Assembly (NCBI GenBank): GCA_052390515.1
Contig: JBQTGV010000150.1
Span: 1-38,929, forward strand
DNA length: 38,929 bases
Direction: 5' to 3'
Source of the DNA: Candidatus Eiseniibacteriota bacterium
GTDB taxonomy: Bacteria > ARS69
Below, one piece after another: positions 23,889-32,408 of this stretch. A model generated the notes under the pieces. That model did not search any database and was not told the origin of the DNA. It worked only from the letters and a program-made list of their open reading frames with translations. The translations under genes were made by a program, and so were the position numbers. How positions within the stretch are numbered: the stretch's first letter is position 1; every line of letters starts with the position of its first letter.

Positions 23889-25397
23889 TCACTCCCCCGT
23901 CGCGGGATCGAGTTCCTCGGCCGCTGCGGCGTGCAACGGTACCGGACGCAAGAACGAGAAGCCGCCGGAGGTGCGCAGGCGATCCATGAGATCCCCCAGC
24001 TCCTCGTGCGTCTCGCACTCTCCCACGAGCACGCGGTACCACAGTCCTGTCTCGACTTCGGTCGGCGAAACGCGCACCAGCTCACCGGTGGTCCGCTCGA
24101 CGTCACGGGCGCACTGCTGCGCCTTTTCCAGGCCGCGGAACGAGGCCACCTGGACGGCGATCGGGCCCGCCGGAGCGGAATCGGCCACGGTGGACCGCGC
24201 CTCCTGCAGGACCGGCGGAGCCGACACCGCGTCGAGCGCGGGTTCCGGGTCCGTCTTCGATTCCACCGCCACCGGCGGTGCCGGCGGCGGCTCCGGGCGT
24301 CCCCCCACGGCGAGCGCGCCCGGCAGACCGCCGACGCCGCTCAATAGCGAGCCCACGGCGAGCAGGACGACCAGCGCGATTCCCACGCCTGCGATCCAGC
24401 GTGAGGCCGACCGGCGCTTCTGCTCGGGTGCGTGCGTCGGTGCGGGCTCGGCGAGCCGCGTCACTGCTCTCGGAGCCGTCGCGCGAGGCGAGGCGACCGG
24501 GCGCGGACGTGACGGGAGCGGTGGCGGAGGAGGCAGCGCCTCCGCGTTGACGAGGCGGGGACGCTTCTTTCCGGAAGGCGCTCCAGGCATGACCGACTGC
24601 GTGACCTCGCCCAGGTCCTCCCAGGCGTCGCGTACCGTCGAGTCGGTGATGCTCCGGGCGTCCTCCACGTACGCGGTGACGAGCGCGCGGTCCGCCAGGA
24701 TGTTGATCAGCCGAGGGACTCCCCCGGTGATGGCGTGGATCGCGTCGACGGCGCGGGGTTCGAAGCGTACGCGCTCGGGACTGCCCGCGATCCGCAGGCG
24801 CCGCTCGATGTAGGCGTGCGTTTCGGCCGCGGCCAGCGGTTCGATCTCGTAGAACATCTCGATGCGTTGCGCCAGCGGCCGGAGCCGCGGCTTGGCCAGG
24901 AGTTCCTTCAGCTCTCGCTGGCCGGAGAGCACGATCTGCAGCAGCTTGCGGTGGTCGTCCTCCAGGTTGGACAGGAGCCGGAGCTGCTCCAGCGCGTCCT
25001 CGCCCAGCAGGTGAGCCTCGTCGACGATCAGGATGCCCGACTGCGCGCCTGCGGTCAGGCGGTCGCGCAGCGCGCGGCGAAGGTCGGCCAGATCTTCCGT
25101 TCCCGGGCGCTCGCCGAAGCCGTCGAGAACGGCCTTGAGCAGATCCCGCACGTCGGCCTCGGGCTGGGTCAGGAAGCACACGTCGTGCTCGCGGCGGATG
25201 CGGCGGAGCATGGTGCGCAACACGGTGGTCTTGCCCGCCCCCACCGGACCCACGATCACGACGAAGCCCTTGCCGGCCTCGAGCCCCATGGCGAGGTTGG
25301 CCAGCGCGGCCTCGTGCGACTCCCCCAGGAACAGGAAGTCGGGATCGGGCACGAGCTCGAAGGGCGCCCTGGAGAATCCGAAGTAGGTCAGGTACAC
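23889..25397 (-). CDS. ExeA/GspA-like AAA ATPase with TM segment and C-terminal SPOR domain
   Basis: MYLTYFGFSRAPF..PDPDFLF; GPVGAGKTT; LIVDEAH; GVPRLINILADRAL; Pro-rich linker; TM; VQVASF..WYRVLVG. Confidence 0.9.
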   Translation of the reverse strand: MYLTYFGFSRAPFELVPDPDFLFLGESHEAALANLAMGLEAGKGFVVIVGPVGAGKTTVLRTMLRRIRREHDVCFLTQPEADVRDLLKAVLDGFGERPGTEDLADLRRALRDRLTAGAQSGILIVDEAHLLGEDALEQLRLLSNLEDDHRKLLQIVLSGQRELKELLAKPRLRPLAQRIEMFYEIEPLAAAETHAYIERRLRIAGSPERVRFEPRAVDAIHAITGGVPRLINILADRALVTAYVEDARSITDSTVRDAWEDLGEVTQSVMPGAPSGKKRPRLVNAEALPPPPPLPSRPRPVASPRATAPRAVTRLAEPAPTHAPEQKRRSASRWIAGVGIALVVLLAVGSLLSGVGGLPGALAVGGRPEPPPAPPVAVESKTDPEPALDAVSAPPVLQEARSTVADSAPAGPIAVQVASFRGLEKAQQCARDVERTTGELVRVSPTEVETGLWYRVLVGECETHEELGDLMDRLRTSGGFSFLRPVPLHAAAAEELDPATGE

Positions 25398-25408
25398 GTT
25401 GCCGTCTC

Positions 25409-26842
25409 CTACCGCCGCGCCGGCCTGAGCTCCGGGATCGACCCGAGCAGCGGCACGCCCAGGTGCAACTCCACGTCGTCCGGTGTGCGCATGGTGTGGT
25501 CGAGCCCTTCGAGAAGGAAGGCCAGCCCCAGACCCAGCGAGAGACCCAGGAGCGCAGCGAACAGCGCGAACAGGCTCTTTCGCTCCTGCACGAACGAAAC
25601 GGACACGGTCGCCGGGCTGAGTACCTTCGCGTTCACCATGCGCTGGTCCTCCGTCTCGGTGATCTGCGTATCCACCATCTTCGTGCCGACCAGCTCGTAC
25701 AGGTCGGAGGTGTTCGTGATCTCGCGCTCGATCTGGCGGATCATCGGCGAGTAACGTGGAATGCGGTTCATCTCCTCGATCATGTCCCGCACGGCCCGCT
25801 CCAGCGCCTGCTCGTGCGCGCGGAGGGCTTCGATCTCGCCCTCACGCATGCTGATCTGCGTATCGATCTCGTTGCGGAGATCCTGCTCGACCAGGGCCAC
25901 GAATTCCGCCGCCTGCTGCACCTTGGGATGGTCGGGCAGGAACTTGGCGCGCAGCTCGGCCAGCTGGGTGCGCTTGTCGATGAGCTTGGCGCGCAGCTCC
26001 TGGAAGGAGCGCCCATCCTCGAACTCGGTCACCGGTACGAGCACGTCGGGGTTCGCCGCCAGGCGCGCGCGGACCGTCTCGAGCTGGCCCTCCAGCGTCT
26101 CGCGGCGGACCCGCGCATCCACCAGATCGGTTCGCAGCTGGTCGAGCGTGCCGAGGTTCAGCCTTTGCTGCCACTCCTGGTCGTAGATGCCGGCCTCGAT
26201 CTGCAGCTGGCCCAGCTCCTGGCGCAGATCGAGCAGGCGATCGCGGAGGCCCGCGGTGCGGTCGTTGAAGAAGCTTTCCAGCATGGGATTGCGTCGAACG
26301 GCGATGCGCTCGATGACGTACGCGTTGGCCAGCGCGTCGGTGAGCATCCTCGCGGTCGTCGCGTTCTCGTGCCGGAAGCGGATGGTGATGACGTTGGATT
26401 GCTCGACGGGCTCCGCTTGCAGGGCCTTCTCGATCCACTTCGTCGTCGGCAAGGTGTAGGGCACGCCCTCCTCTTCGGGCGGGAACAGCGCGGCCTTCTC
26501 GTCGTCGCTGAGGTCGCCGACCTCCTTCTCGACCGTGCCTAGGGCGCGCTCCAGGACGGCGGTCGAGCGGATGATCTCGATCTCGGTGTTCATCTCCTCC
26601 TCGAGGCCGAGATAAGGCTCGCGGGTCCGCTGGAACGAAGAGGCCTCCGCCCGCCGGATGAGCACCTTGGCGACCGCCTGGTACTCGGACGTGGTGCGCA
26701 GGCTCGCGGAGACGCCCATGGCCAGCATCGCCGCGAAGATCGACAGGATGACCCACCGGCGGCGGAACACCATCGCGAGCATGTCGCGCGAGGTGAATTG
26801 CCGGCTCTCGGGCTTCAGCAGGTTGCCGGTCGTGCCGTCCAT
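25409..26842 (-). CDS. GumC/Wzc-N polysaccharide co-polymerase (chain-length determinant)
   Basis: Two TMs flanking a long coiled coil; EMNTEIEIIRS; PDHPKV; LDHTMRTPDDVELHLGVPLLGSIP. Confidence 0.9.
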   Translation of the reverse strand: MDGTTGNLLKPESRQFTSRDMLAMVFRRRWVILSIFAAMLAMGVSASLRTTSEYQAVAKVLIRRAEASSFQRTREPYLGLEEEMNTEIEIIRSTAVLERALGTVEKEVGDLSDDEKAALFPPEEEGVPYTLPTTKWIEKALQAEPVEQSNVITIRFRHENATTARMLTDALANAYVIERIAVRRNPMLESFFNDRTAGLRDRLLDLRQELGQLQIEAGIYDQEWQQRLNLGTLDQLRTDLVDARVRRETLEGQLETVRARLAANPDVLVPVTEFEDGRSFQELRAKLIDKRTQLAELRAKFLPDHPKVQQAAEFVALVEQDLRNEIDTQISMREGEIEALRAHEQALERAVRDMIEEMNRIPRYSPMIRQIEREITNTSDLYELVGTKMVDTQITETEDQRMVNAKVLSPATVSVSFVQERKSLFALFAALLGLSLGLGLAFLLEGLDHTMRTPDDVELHLGVPLLGSIPELRPARR

Positions 26843-26850
26843 CCCCTCTC

Positions 26851-27762
26851 CTACTCGGTGGTGCCGCTGATGACCGTGGCGGTGCCGGCCTTGCGGAGCG
26901 CGGACCGCTCGTCGACATGGATCGCGTCGTACGTCTTGATGAACAGATCCGGGATGGGGATGAGTCCGTCGAAGGTCTGACGGACGAACAGCTCCAGACT
27001 CGAGACGAAGGAGCGCGGTACGTAGACCACGTCATCCGGCTGCAGGACGACGTCTGCAGCCAGGGACTTCCCCTCCACCACGCCGGAGAGGTCCAGCTTG
27101 TACGCCCGCGCGGAGTTCTCGCTGCGACGGCGCAGCAGGACCACGCTGCCCAGCGTGGCCTCGGCGGTGACCGAACCGCTCGCCGCCAGGGCCTGCGTCA
27201 ACGTGAGCCGCTGCTGCAGATCGACGGGACCCGGCTTGTAGACCATTCCGAACACGTACGCACGGCGCTCTCCGAAAGCGAGCACGTTGAGCGTCGTCGC
27301 GGGGTCGCGGAGCAACCGGCTGTAGTAGGCCTCGATGTCCGCGGCCACTTCCTCGGGACGGCGGCCGAGAGCGGGGACGTCACCGAGGCCCGGCGCGGTC
27401 ACCATCCCGTCCGGCCGCACGATCGACACGGTCTGGAGCTCGGGGTAGAAGAGGATGTTGATCTCGACGCGGTCGCCGCGACGCAGCAGGTAGGGTGCCT
27501 CGGGCGCGTACTCCAGCGGGAGGACCTGAGGAGCTTCGCCCTGGCCCAGCTCCCGCACGGTGACGCCTTCGCCGGTCTGCACGCCCTCGGACTGGACCCG
27601 CTCGCGATGCTCCCGTTCCTCGATGCGGATGCGCAGCGAGTCAGGCAGCTCCCCGAGCTCGTCCTGTCCTTCCACGTAATAAGGAGAGCCGCACCCACCG
27701 AGCACGGATGCCACGGCGATGCCGGCGACGATCCACAGGGTCGCTATGCTCTTCGGGCTCAC
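26851..27762 (-). CDS. wza: Polysaccharide export lipoprotein (Wza/GumB; Poly_export + SLBB)
   Basis: Lipobox VLGGC; YLLRRGDRVEI..VRPDGMVTAP; VFGMVYKPG; LQPDDVVYVP. Confidence 0.9.
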   Translation of the reverse strand: MSPKSIATLWIVAGIAVASVLGGCGSPYYVEGQDELGELPDSLRIRIEEREHRERVQSEGVQTGEGVTVRELGQGEAPQVLPLEYAPEAPYLLRRGDRVEINILFYPELQTVSIVRPDGMVTAPGLGDVPALGRRPEEVAADIEAYYSRLLRDPATTLNVLAFGERRAYVFGMVYKPGPVDLQQRLTLTQALAASGSVTAEATLGSVVLLRRRSENSARAYKLDLSGVVEGKSLAADVVLQPDDVVYVPRSFVSSLELFVRQTFDGLIPIPDLFIKTYDAIHVDERSALRKAGTATVISGTTE

Positions 27763-28105
27763 CGATCCCGCCCTCGTCGATCAGCCTGGTTGCGCGCCGC
27801 GTCCCGGCTGGGCAGCGGCGGGGATGTTCCGGACTCGGCGCCGCGCGCCGAACTCCGCTTGCCGAAACCGCGGGCCTCGACGCCCGACGGCTTCCGCCGG
27901 CGCTCCGAACTCTCGGTGGTGTCGGGGGGAACGCGTCGGCGAACGGACCTTCCGTTCACCGCGTGAGTGGAGCCACCTCCTCGAACCTCGGATGTCGGAC
28001 CGGCTGTCTTCCCGGGCCATGACCCGGGAACACTGGTAGCAAGATTCGATAGGCTCCCTTAGAGGCTGGACCGCGATCGCGGGAATCTCGAACGCGTGCC
28101 CAGGA

Positions 28106-28135
28106 AGGATACCAGAGCCATTGCTCCAGGGTCAA
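28106..28135 (-). promoter_or_regulatory. Putative sigma70 promoter of the EPS operon
   Basis: Minus strand TTGACC-18 nt-TATCCT with an extended -10 TG (TGgTATCCT), about 340 nt upstream of wza. Confidence 0.65.
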
Positions 28136-28182
28136 CCGAAGCGGTCCGGGGGGGCGGTGCCGTCCCGAGAGCGTGATTCGGC

Positions 28183-29148
28183 CTAGGCGGAGGGCCCGCG
28201 GGATCCCAACCGACCCTCCAGGGCCGCAGCCAGGAGCGGAACGAGGATCTCGTGGTGCCCGGCGAAGTCAGCGCCCCAACCCCGGCCGGCCGTCGGCCGC
28301 CGGACGACGTTGGTCAGGGGGCGGTAGTGCCGCAGCATGTCGAAGTTCACCGCGGTGAAGTCGTCCACCGCCCGTCCCAGGTTGCGGGCCACGGTGAGCG
28401 CCTTGAGGAACACCTCCGGCATGACCACCGCCGACCCCAGGTTCCAGACCGCTCCGCGTTCCAGTTTCGCCACGCGCGCCGCCAGGATGCGGAAGTCCCG
28501 CAAGCTCGCGTCCCCGATGGCCGCTCCGCTGGCCGAGGGATGCTGGTGCACGATGTCCGTCCCGATGGCGACGTGCACGGTCGCTGGGACTCCTGCTGCC
28601 GACGCGGCCGCCAGCAGGCTCGCCGCGGCGTGCGGAGCGTGCTCCTCCCGGAGACATTCCCCCAGCGCCTCGCCCAGGCCTTCGCCCTTCTCGCGGGCGC
28701 GGTCGGCCGCACCGTTGACGAAGTCCGCGGTCTCCTTCGCCATGCCGAACGAGCCGTCCGCCAAGCTCTCCTCCACCACCTCGGAGGTCCTGCCGAACAG
28801 CGCGATCTCGACGTCGTGGATCGCCGCCGATCCGTTCATGGCGACGGCCGTGATCCAGCGGCGTTCGATCATCGGAACGAGGCACGGGGTCACGCCGGTC
28901 TTCACCACGTGCCCCCCCATGAGGAGAATCCACTCCTTGCGCCCGCGGACGACCTCCTCGAAGCGCTCCAAGGCGGCGCGGAACTCCCGGCCGGCCAGGA
29001 TGTCCGGCAGAGACTCGACGAGCTCGTCCACCGTCATGCCGGGACGCGGGGCGTGGGCGAATTCGCTCACGTCGACCTTGCTTCTGCGGTCCCGCACGGA
29101 GACCGTTCGCACGCCAGCCAGCGACAGTTCCTCGTGGCGGCTGGTCAC
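28183..29148 (-). CDS. Conserved hypothetical protein with deoxyhypusine-synthase-like fold
   Basis: MGGHVVKTG, AMNGSAAIHDVE, GSFGMAKET, VHVAIGTDIVH, NLGSAVVMPEVFLKA, GHHEILVPLL; the start overlaps the DUF3108 stop. Confidence 0.75.
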   Translation of the reverse strand: MTSRHEELSLAGVRTVSVRDRRSKVDVSEFAHAPRPGMTVDELVESLPDILAGREFRAALERFEEVVRGRKEWILLMGGHVVKTGVTPCLVPMIERRWITAVAMNGSAAIHDVEIALFGRTSEVVEESLADGSFGMAKETADFVNGAADRAREKGEGLGEALGECLREEHAPHAAASLLAAASAAGVPATVHVAIGTDIVHQHPSASGAAIGDASLRDFRILAARVAKLERGAVWNLGSAVVMPEVFLKALTVARNLGRAVDDFTAVNFDMLRHYRPLTNVVRRPTAGRGWGADFAGHHEILVPLLAAALEGRLGSRGPSA

Positions 29149-30041
29149 GCGCCTCCTCCCCCGCCGGCGGCGCCCGCGGCGCTCCGGCGGCGCCAGCGTT
29201 CCGCCGGTTCGTACTCCACGAGAGAGACCGTGATCGCGCCGACGACGATCTTGGTGCGCATCTTCACCGGGATCCTCCGCTCGTCCGCGCTCAGCCAGAT
29301 GGTGAGCGTGCCCTTGGCCTGGAAGATCCCGCCCTCGCGGATGACCGGCTCCACGACCCAGCAGTCGAACGTGCCCGCCGCCACCTCCACCGTCTCCCGT
29401 CCGTGCACGACCACCCGCAGCGGATAGTTCTTCCGGTTGGTGTGGTTGTCAATGAACACGTCCCGCCCCTCGGCGAGAGGCAGCGTTCGCAGGTAGTAGA
29501 ACGCGGAGAGCTCGTCCTGCGCCCACGGATGCATCATCACCTCGTCACCGTTCTCGTAGCGGGCGAAGTGCTCCCGGCGATCGAACTTCACGACGAGATC
29601 CTTGGAGTAGTCGCCCTCGCGCTGGTGCTTCTCGAAGCGCAGCGGGAGCAGCGCATCCGGATCGAGCAGGGTCTGCGCGCGGTCGCGCACCTTGTGGATC
29701 TTGGAGAAGAACGCGTTGCTGTTCGCCTCGGAACGGATGTCGAGGCACTCCACGCCGACGTAGCGCCGCGTGCGTGGGATCTCCATCACCGCCCAGCCCG
29801 CGTTGATCACGCCGTAGTCGACGGAGAAGGTCAGGCGCTCGCCCGGGCCGAACGGCAGGAACTCCGGCAGGTCGGGCCGCGGAAGAGGAGGAGGGGCGAG
29901 CGAGTCGGGCGGGCCGAACGTTCCCGCGGCTTCGCCCGCGCCGACCAACTCGACCCGCGGCGCCGGGATGTGCCACGAAGTCGGGGCCTCCTGCGCGAAC
30001 GCACCCGCCGCAAACAGCACGGCGAACAGCGCGAGGCTCAC
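29145..30041 (-). CDS. DUF3108 domain-containing exported protein
   Basis: GTG start overlapping the upstream TGA; signal peptide; PFGPGERLTFSVDYG, QDELSAFYYLR, ETVEVAAGTFDC, IWLSADERRIPVK. Confidence 0.85.
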   Translation of the reverse strand: MSLALFAVLFAAGAFAQEAPTSWHIPAPRVELVGAGEAAGTFGPPDSLAPPPLPRPDLPEFLPFGPGERLTFSVDYGVINAGWAVMEIPRTRRYVGVECLDIRSEANSNAFFSKIHKVRDRAQTLLDPDALLPLRFEKHQREGDYSKDLVVKFDRREHFARYENGDEVMMHPWAQDELSAFYYLRTLPLAEGRDVFIDNHTNRKNYPLRVVVHGRETVEVAAGTFDCWVVEPVIREGGIFQAKGTLTIWLSADERRIPVKMRTKIVVGAITVSLVEYEPAERWRRRSAAGAAGGGGGA

Positions 30042-31114
30042 GACCGCGCTCCGCCGTGCTGTTCCGCCAGCCTGCCGTAAAGGTCCACGATCCGGTCCAC
30101 CACCCTTCCGATCTCGAATTCCCGGGCGCGCACCCTTCCGGCCGCGCCCAGCCGCCGAGCGAGCTCGCCGTCGCCCGCCAGCCGCAGCAGCTCCCGTGCG
30201 AGCGCGCCCGCATCCCCGCGCGGCGCGAGCAGACCCTCGCGCTCGTGGCGAACCACCTCGGGGATGCCGCCCACCGCCGTGGCGACCACCGGCAGCCCGC
30301 GGGCCATGGCGTCGAGCGTCACCGAGCCGAGCGCTTCGAATGCGGAGGGGAGGAACAGGACGTCGATTCTCGGCCACACCGAGTCCGGATCGACGAAGCC
30401 TGGGAGCTCCACGCGTCCGGCCAGTCCCGCTTGCCGGATTCCAACCTCGACGCGCGCGCGGAGTTCCCCCTCCCCTGCCCAGACGAAGCGGGCCTGCGGA
30501 AGCCGGTCGGCAACCTGGCGAATGGTCTCCAGCCAGGTCTCCGGGTCCTTCTGATCCGTGAAGGCCGCGAGCGTTCCCACCGTCCAGGGCCGTTGCGGCC
30601 GCACCGCGGGGTCCTTCGTGTCGGGAAGGTCGACGCCGTCGGGGATGCGGTCCACACGGTCCGGGGGCACGCCGGCGCGGACCAGCGAGTCCTCGACCGC
30701 CGACGAGATGGCCACGAAGTGATCCGCGAGGCGCGCGTACTTTCCACGACCGAACCACCCCCCGCGGACCGACAGCTCCAAACGCCTCGTGACCAGGATG
30801 GGGTGGAATCCGGCGAGGCGCGCCCCGAGCCCGCAAGCCCCGTGCGCGCGCGCGGTGTGAAGGTGCAGGATGTCGGGGCGATGACGGCGAAGGAGGCGGC
30901 CGGTGCGGAGCGCGGCGGACACGTCCAGGTCTCCGGCGATGGGAAGCGGATCGACGGCGAGTCCCTCGCTCACCAGGCGCGCCCGCAGCTCGCCGCGCGG
31001 ATGGCACGCGACGCGATTCGAGTGACCCCGGCGCTCGAGCTCGCGGGCCAGCAGGAACACCTGACGCTCTCCGCCCCGCCACGTCTTCGCCGGATCGACA
31101 TGTAGGATCCGCAC
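30038..31114 (-). CDS. Glycosyltransferase family 4 (LPS core)
   Basis: MRILHVDPAKTWRGGERQ; QKD; EALGSVTLDAMA; VGGIPEV. Confidence 0.9.
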   Translation of the reverse strand: MRILHVDPAKTWRGGERQVFLLARELERRGHSNRVACHPRGELRARLVSEGLAVDPLPIAGDLDVSAALRTGRLLRRHRPDILHLHTARAHGACGLGARLAGFHPILVTRRLELSVRGGWFGRGKYARLADHFVAISSAVEDSLVRAGVPPDRVDRIPDGVDLPDTKDPAVRPQRPWTVGTLAAFTDQKDPETWLETIRQVADRLPQARFVWAGEGELRARVEVGIRQAGLAGRVELPGFVDPDSVWPRIDVLFLPSAFEALGSVTLDAMARGLPVVATAVGGIPEVVRHEREGLLAPRGDAGALARELLRLAGDGELARRLGAAGRVRAREFEIGRVVDRIVDLYGRLAEQHGGARS

Positions 31115-31118
31115 GCGG

Positions 31119-32342
31119 TCACGTCACCGGTGGAGCCGCCGTCGGGGCGAGTGCCGGCAGCGGTCGCTCCCTGCGGAGCCGGCGAACCAGCAGCACCTCC
31201 AGAAACTCGGAGAGCGCGGTCGCCGTCGCCTTCACGTCGTGCCGCGACTCGGCGATCTCCCGCCCTCGGCGCGCGAGCTCCTCGGCCAGCTCCAAGGAGC
31301 GCAGGACCTCCAGCGCGGCGCGCCCGAGCTTCGCGTGGGCCCGCGGCTCGATCAGCAATCCGGCCTCCTCGTCGGGCACGAGCTCTGCGGTCGCGGGAGT
31401 GCGCGTCGCCACGATCGGCACGCCTGTCGCCATCGCCTCGACGAAGGACATCTCCAGACCCTGCGCGGGGTCGCCCCCCGGCCCGGGCGCATGCGCCATG
31501 AGGAACAGGCTCGCGACGCGGTACAGCTCCGGCACGGACGCATCGGACGGCCCGAGGAAGCGGACGGCGCCCTCCAAGTGCAGCCCGGCCATCAGCTCCT
31601 TCGCCTCCGCGACCGGGGCCCCCCGCACGAGCAGCACGGCGCGCCGGTGCTGCGCTCGGATCACGGCGAACGCGCGCAGCACGCTCTCCCAATCCGCGGC
31701 GGGGTCGTCCGCCGAGAAGGCCAGCACGACGGGACCCTGGCCGAGATCGAGGCGGCGCAACAGCTCCTCCGCCGCCGGTCCCGGCCGGAACGTCTCGAGA
31801 TCGACTCCGGGAGGGATCTCGTGCACTTCGTGCGGCCGGATGCGCAGCTTGTAGGCTTCGAGCCACGCGGCACGCGACGGCACGACGATCGCCGCGGCCT
31901 CCTCGGCGAGATCCTGGAAGCGCCGCCCGCGCTCTCCTCCCGCGAGGATCTCGCGGCGCAGGGAGAGCAGATCCTCGAGCCCGAAGCGGAGCACGAAGGG
32001 AACGCCCTTCTCGCGGAAGAGCTCCTGGGCGAGGAACGCGTCCGGCTCCAGCCCGCACGCGACCACCACGGCAGGTGGCCGCTGGCCGGCCAACCACGCG
32101 AGGTGCGCCTTCCAGAGCCGGAGGCCGAAGCCCTGCGGGCCGACCAGCGTGATCGCCCTGCGGACCGTTCCGCCGAGCCGGCGGTCCACGGCGAAGGATC
32201 CGCCGCGGCGCGGCGTCGAGATCACCAGGCCGCGCTTGGGCAGATGCCTCAGGGTCTCGGCGAGGACGGCCGGAGCGCTCCCCCCGACCGGAGGGAACGC
32301 GTCGGCGACGACCAGGATTCGGCGCGCTTCGTCGGAGGACAC
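31119..32342 (-). CDS. GT4-like protein (PimB-like) with divergent donor-binding motifs
   Basis: ILVVADAFPPVGG, IPPGVDLETFRP, RFLG, QGLEMSFVEAMATGVP. Confidence 0.8.
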   Translation of the reverse strand: MSSDEARRILVVADAFPPVGGSAPAVLAETLRHLPKRGLVISTPRRGGSFAVDRRLGGTVRRAITLVGPQGFGLRLWKAHLAWLAGQRPPAVVVACGLEPDAFLAQELFREKGVPFVLRFGLEDLLSLRREILAGGERGRRFQDLAEEAAAIVVPSRAAWLEAYKLRIRPHEVHEIPPGVDLETFRPGPAAEELLRRLDLGQGPVVLAFSADDPAADWESVLRAFAVIRAQHRRAVLLVRGAPVAEAKELMAGLHLEGAVRFLGPSDASVPELYRVASLFLMAHAPGPGGDPAQGLEMSFVEAMATGVPIVATRTPATAELVPDEEAGLLIEPRAHAKLGRAALEVLRSLELAEELARRGREIAESRHDVKATATALSEFLEVLLVRRLRRERPLPALAPTAAPPVT

Positions 32343-32379
32343 AGCTCCCCTTCCGGGAGGGAGGATCGGGAACCGAGGG

Positions 32380-32408
32380 ATTCTAGGTGCGAGCCCGCGC
32401 CGAGTCCA
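32380..32408 (-). promoter_or_regulatory. Possible internal promoter for the GT4-GT4-DUF3108-DHS-like unit
   Basis: Minus strand TGGACT-17 nt-TAGAAT; the -10 box overlaps the TAG stop of the GT9 gene. Confidence 0.45.

Noticed and set aside
27781..28020. 79-aa minus-strand ORF in the wza leader
   Set aside because: No RBS, start codon buried in a hairpin loop, low-complexity Arg/Gly-rich product.
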